A DNA stretch of 20,666 bases from Candidatus Heimdallarchaeota archaeon (lineage in GTDB: Archaea; Asgardarchaeota; Heimdallarchaeia; Heimdallarchaeales; Heimdallarchaeaceae): assembly GCA_016839945.1 (NCBI GenBank), contig JAEOTE010000102.1, positions 1 to 20,666 of the forward strand, given 5' to 3'. Positions 18,988 through 20,666 of this stretch are shown in pieces. The notes under the pieces were generated by a model. That model saw only the letters and a program-made list of their open reading frames with translations. It searched no databases and was not told the DNA's origin. Each line of letters opens with the position of its first letter. Positions within the stretch are counted from its first letter, which is position 1. A program made the position numbers and the translations under genes.

Positions 18988-19275
18988 ATGCCTAAGAAAA
19001 GAAGTAAACTAGATATGCTTACCTGGATTATTACTGAGCTGATTATAGGACTTGGACTTTCAGTGTATGGACTTTATGCGACTATAAATGCTCTACCTGA
19101 TATTAATGTTTTATACATAATTCTGGCAAGCATAGGCGTTTGTTTATTATTTGCTTCAATTATTCAAATCCTTGTGTATAGAAAGAAGAAAATTAAAAAA
19201 TTCTGCTCTAAATGCGGAGAGAAAATAAAAAAGGATGATGAATTCTGCTCAAAATGTGGGGAAAAAGTTGAATAA
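18988..19275 (+). CDS. Small membrane protein with two TM helices and a C-terminal zinc ribbon
   Basis: Two hydrophobic segments, a basic stop-transfer stretch, then FCSKCGEKI...FCSKCGEKV. Probable start ATG 18988 (track start TTG 18976). Confidence 0.8.
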   Translation: MPKKRSKLDMLTWIITELIIGLGLSVYGLYATINALPDINVLYIILASIGVCLLFASIIQILVYRKKKIKKFCSKCGEKIKKDDEFCSKCGEKVE

Positions 19276-19289
19276 TTAACTCTTTCCTA

Positions 19290-19661
19290 TTACTTCTCCC
19301 AGACTCTAAGAAAGTCTGGCATTTTTTTGAAGCTTACAAGAGGAATGTTTAACCACTTAGGATCAGAAGCATCTTCAGTAAATTCTATTTCTTCAGAAGG
19401 TGATGTTCTATACCTGATAAACGAACCTTTGGGTTGTTCATTTTCTTCTACCCAAACAACAATAGGAAGTGCTGTTAGCTCATAGTAACCTATGCTTGTG
19501 TTAAAAATGAAGAAAATAGATCTACTATTATCTTTATAAAAACCTATATAGCCTGCAGCTCGATCAGGACCAACACTTGATATTACTAGTTTTATTAAAT
19601 CCTTAAGAGAACTTAATTCAATATTTGCTGGAGATTTTAGTTCAGTTGTTCCCTCTTTCAT
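19290..19661 (-). CDS. Conserved archaeal hypothetical protein, co-oriented downstream of atpK
   Basis: GAGGTG SD 6 nt before ATG 19661, so the track's GTG 19670 lies within the SD. Globular alpha/beta composition. From memory it resembles TACK 'cren protein' hypotheticals (unverified). Confidence 0.75.
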   Translation of the reverse strand: MKEGTTELKSPANIELSSLKDLIKLVISSVGPDRAAGYIGFYKDNSRSIFFIFNTSIGYYELTALPIVVWVEENEQPKGSFIRYRTSPSEEIEFTEDASDPKWLNIPLVSFKKMPDFLRVWEK

Positions 19662-19691
19662 TATCTTCACCTCTATAAGGAAGAGAGGAAA

Positions 19692-20000
19692 TTAGAGAAC
19701 TAGAAGTATTGCTACTAGAAGTCCATAGATTGCTACAGCCTCAATAAGCACAATAAAGAGAAAGGCTTTTCCAAAAACCTCTGGTTTTTCTGTAATTGCA
19801 CCTATAGCTGCACTACCAGCCATCCCCATTCCTATTGAAGAGCCTATTCCAGCAATACCTACAGCTAATCCTGCTCCAATAGGTTTCAAATCATTTGTAT
19901 CTCCATCTTGAGCGAAAGCTGTATCAGCTGCAAATACTACAATGCTTACTAAACACAATAATAAAATTGCATTTCTCAATAATCCTTTTTCTAAACGCAT
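19692..20000 (-). CDS. atpK: A/V-type ATP synthase subunit K (c, proteolipid), single hairpin with N-terminal signal-like extension
   Basis: IGAGLAVGIAGIGSSIGMG, AITEKPEVFGKAFLF, ion-binding Glu in LIEAVAIYGLL; AGGTGA SD at 20007-20012; start ATG 20000 or TTG 20003. Confidence 0.96.
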   Translation of the reverse strand: MRLEKGLLRNAILLLCLVSIVVFAADTAFAQDGDTNDLKPIGAGLAVGIAGIGSSIGMGMAGSAAIGAITEKPEVFGKAFLFIVLIEAVAIYGLLVAILLVL

Positions 20001-20118
20001 CAAATTTCACCTATTTTTCAAAGCAAAATTTCTTATACGAATTTAAGAATTTCGAAATGGCATTAAGAATTAAAACTAACAATTAAAATTGAATTAAAAA
20101 CAATACATATAATAACTA

Positions 20119-20132
20119 CGAAAGCTTAAATA
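20119..20132 (+). promoter_or_regulatory. Putative BRE-TATA promoter of the ESCRT-III gene
   Basis: CGAAAG followed by CTTAAATA about 32-39 nt upstream of ATG 20164; no clear SD, consistent with a short leader. Confidence 0.5.
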
Positions 20133-20163
20133 GGTATAGACAAAAAAATAAATTGTGAGTTAG

Positions 20164-20666
20164 ATGTTTCGAAATTTCATGGGATGGCTATTAGGCACAC
20201 AAAAGAGTCCTCGTGACCATATTATAAATCTTCGATTAACTGTAAGAAGATTAGAAAGAGCACAAAGGAAACTTGAACGTGATGAGTCTAAAATGCAATT
20301 AAAAATGAAACAAACTATACAACGAGGCGATTTAGAATCAGCTCGGTTGTTTGCTACTGATATTGTAAGGAATAGAAGATGGGAACTAGGTTATCAGAAA
20401 CTAGTTTCACGAATAAACGGACTGATATTCAAACTTGAACGTGCAGATACTGCTGCAAGTATGGCAGAGGAGATGCATGGAGTTGCAAATGCTTTAAGAG
20501 CAGCTAATGCGCAATTACAAATTCCCGACCTAGACAAGGTAATCCAAGATATGGAAATTTCAATTGATGGAATAGAAGAATCAACAGGTACTATTGAAGA
20601 CGGTATTGATGATTTACTAATTGCAGATACTGATCCTTCAGAAGTCGACCGATTAATTGAACAAAC
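20164..20666 (+). CDS. ESCRT-III / Snf7-family protein, Vps2/Vps24/Vps46 (CHMP1-3-like) class; truncated by the window edge
   Basis: Manual translation is open to the window end: MFRNFMGWLLGTQKSPRDHIINLRLTVRRLERAQRKLERDESKMQLKMKQTIQRGDLESARLFATDIVRNRR...SRINGLIFKLERA...MAEEMHGVANALRAANAQLQIPDLDKVIQDME...IEDGIDD...DPSEVDRLIEQ. It has a basic helical hairpin, an acidic C-terminal half and the G...AR.FA...VR pattern of CHMP1/2/3. Confidence 0.92.
   Translation, partial: MFRNFMGWLLGTQKSPRDHIINLRLTVRRLERAQRKLERDESKMQLKMKQTIQRGDLESARLFATDIVRNRRWELGYQKLVSRINGLIFKLERADTAASMAEEMHGVANALRAANAQLQIPDLDKVIQDMEISIDGIEESTGTIEDGIDDLLIADTDPSEVDRLIEQ

Noticed and set aside
19201-19270. DNA near-repeat TTCTGCTCTAAATGCGGAGAGAAA / TTCTGCTCAAAATGTGGGGAAAAA
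   Set aside because: Explained by the two FCSKCGEK knuckles of the zinc ribbon; not a CRISPR or mobile-element repeat.
17987-20086. ORFs 17987-18178 and 19895-20086
   Set aside because: Antisense shadows of the Zn-finger gene and atpK.

Overview
AT-rich archaeal chromosomal window. It is most consistent with an Asgard archaeon, probably Heimdallarchaeia-like (inference from gene content). Two eukaryotic-signature genes missing from the ORF track are cut by the window edges: a Lokiactin-type actin (minus strand, 732 to <1) and a Vps2/Vps24/Vps46-class ESCRT-III (plus strand, 20164 to >20666). Between them lie a family-5 ABC substrate-binding protein that looks circularly permuted, an LRR protein, an AlkD-like protein, an M1 aminopeptidase with a HEAT-like tail, A/V-ATPase subunits I(a), C(d) and K(c) in a split arrangement, a roadblock/LAMTOR protein, proS, apgM, an EamA transporter, a class I/II aminotransferase, a B-box/Zn-ribbon/coiled-coil/PH-like protein and two small hypotheticals. 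The standout is the 1059-aa ATPase subunit I. Its whole soluble N-terminal (stator-binding) domain is present in two tandem copies, and an internal SD+ATG sits at the start of copy 2. This is a candidate intermediate towards the eukaryotic V-ATPase collar (subunit C and the third stalk). No CRISPR, rRNA/tRNA or mobile element was recognised.
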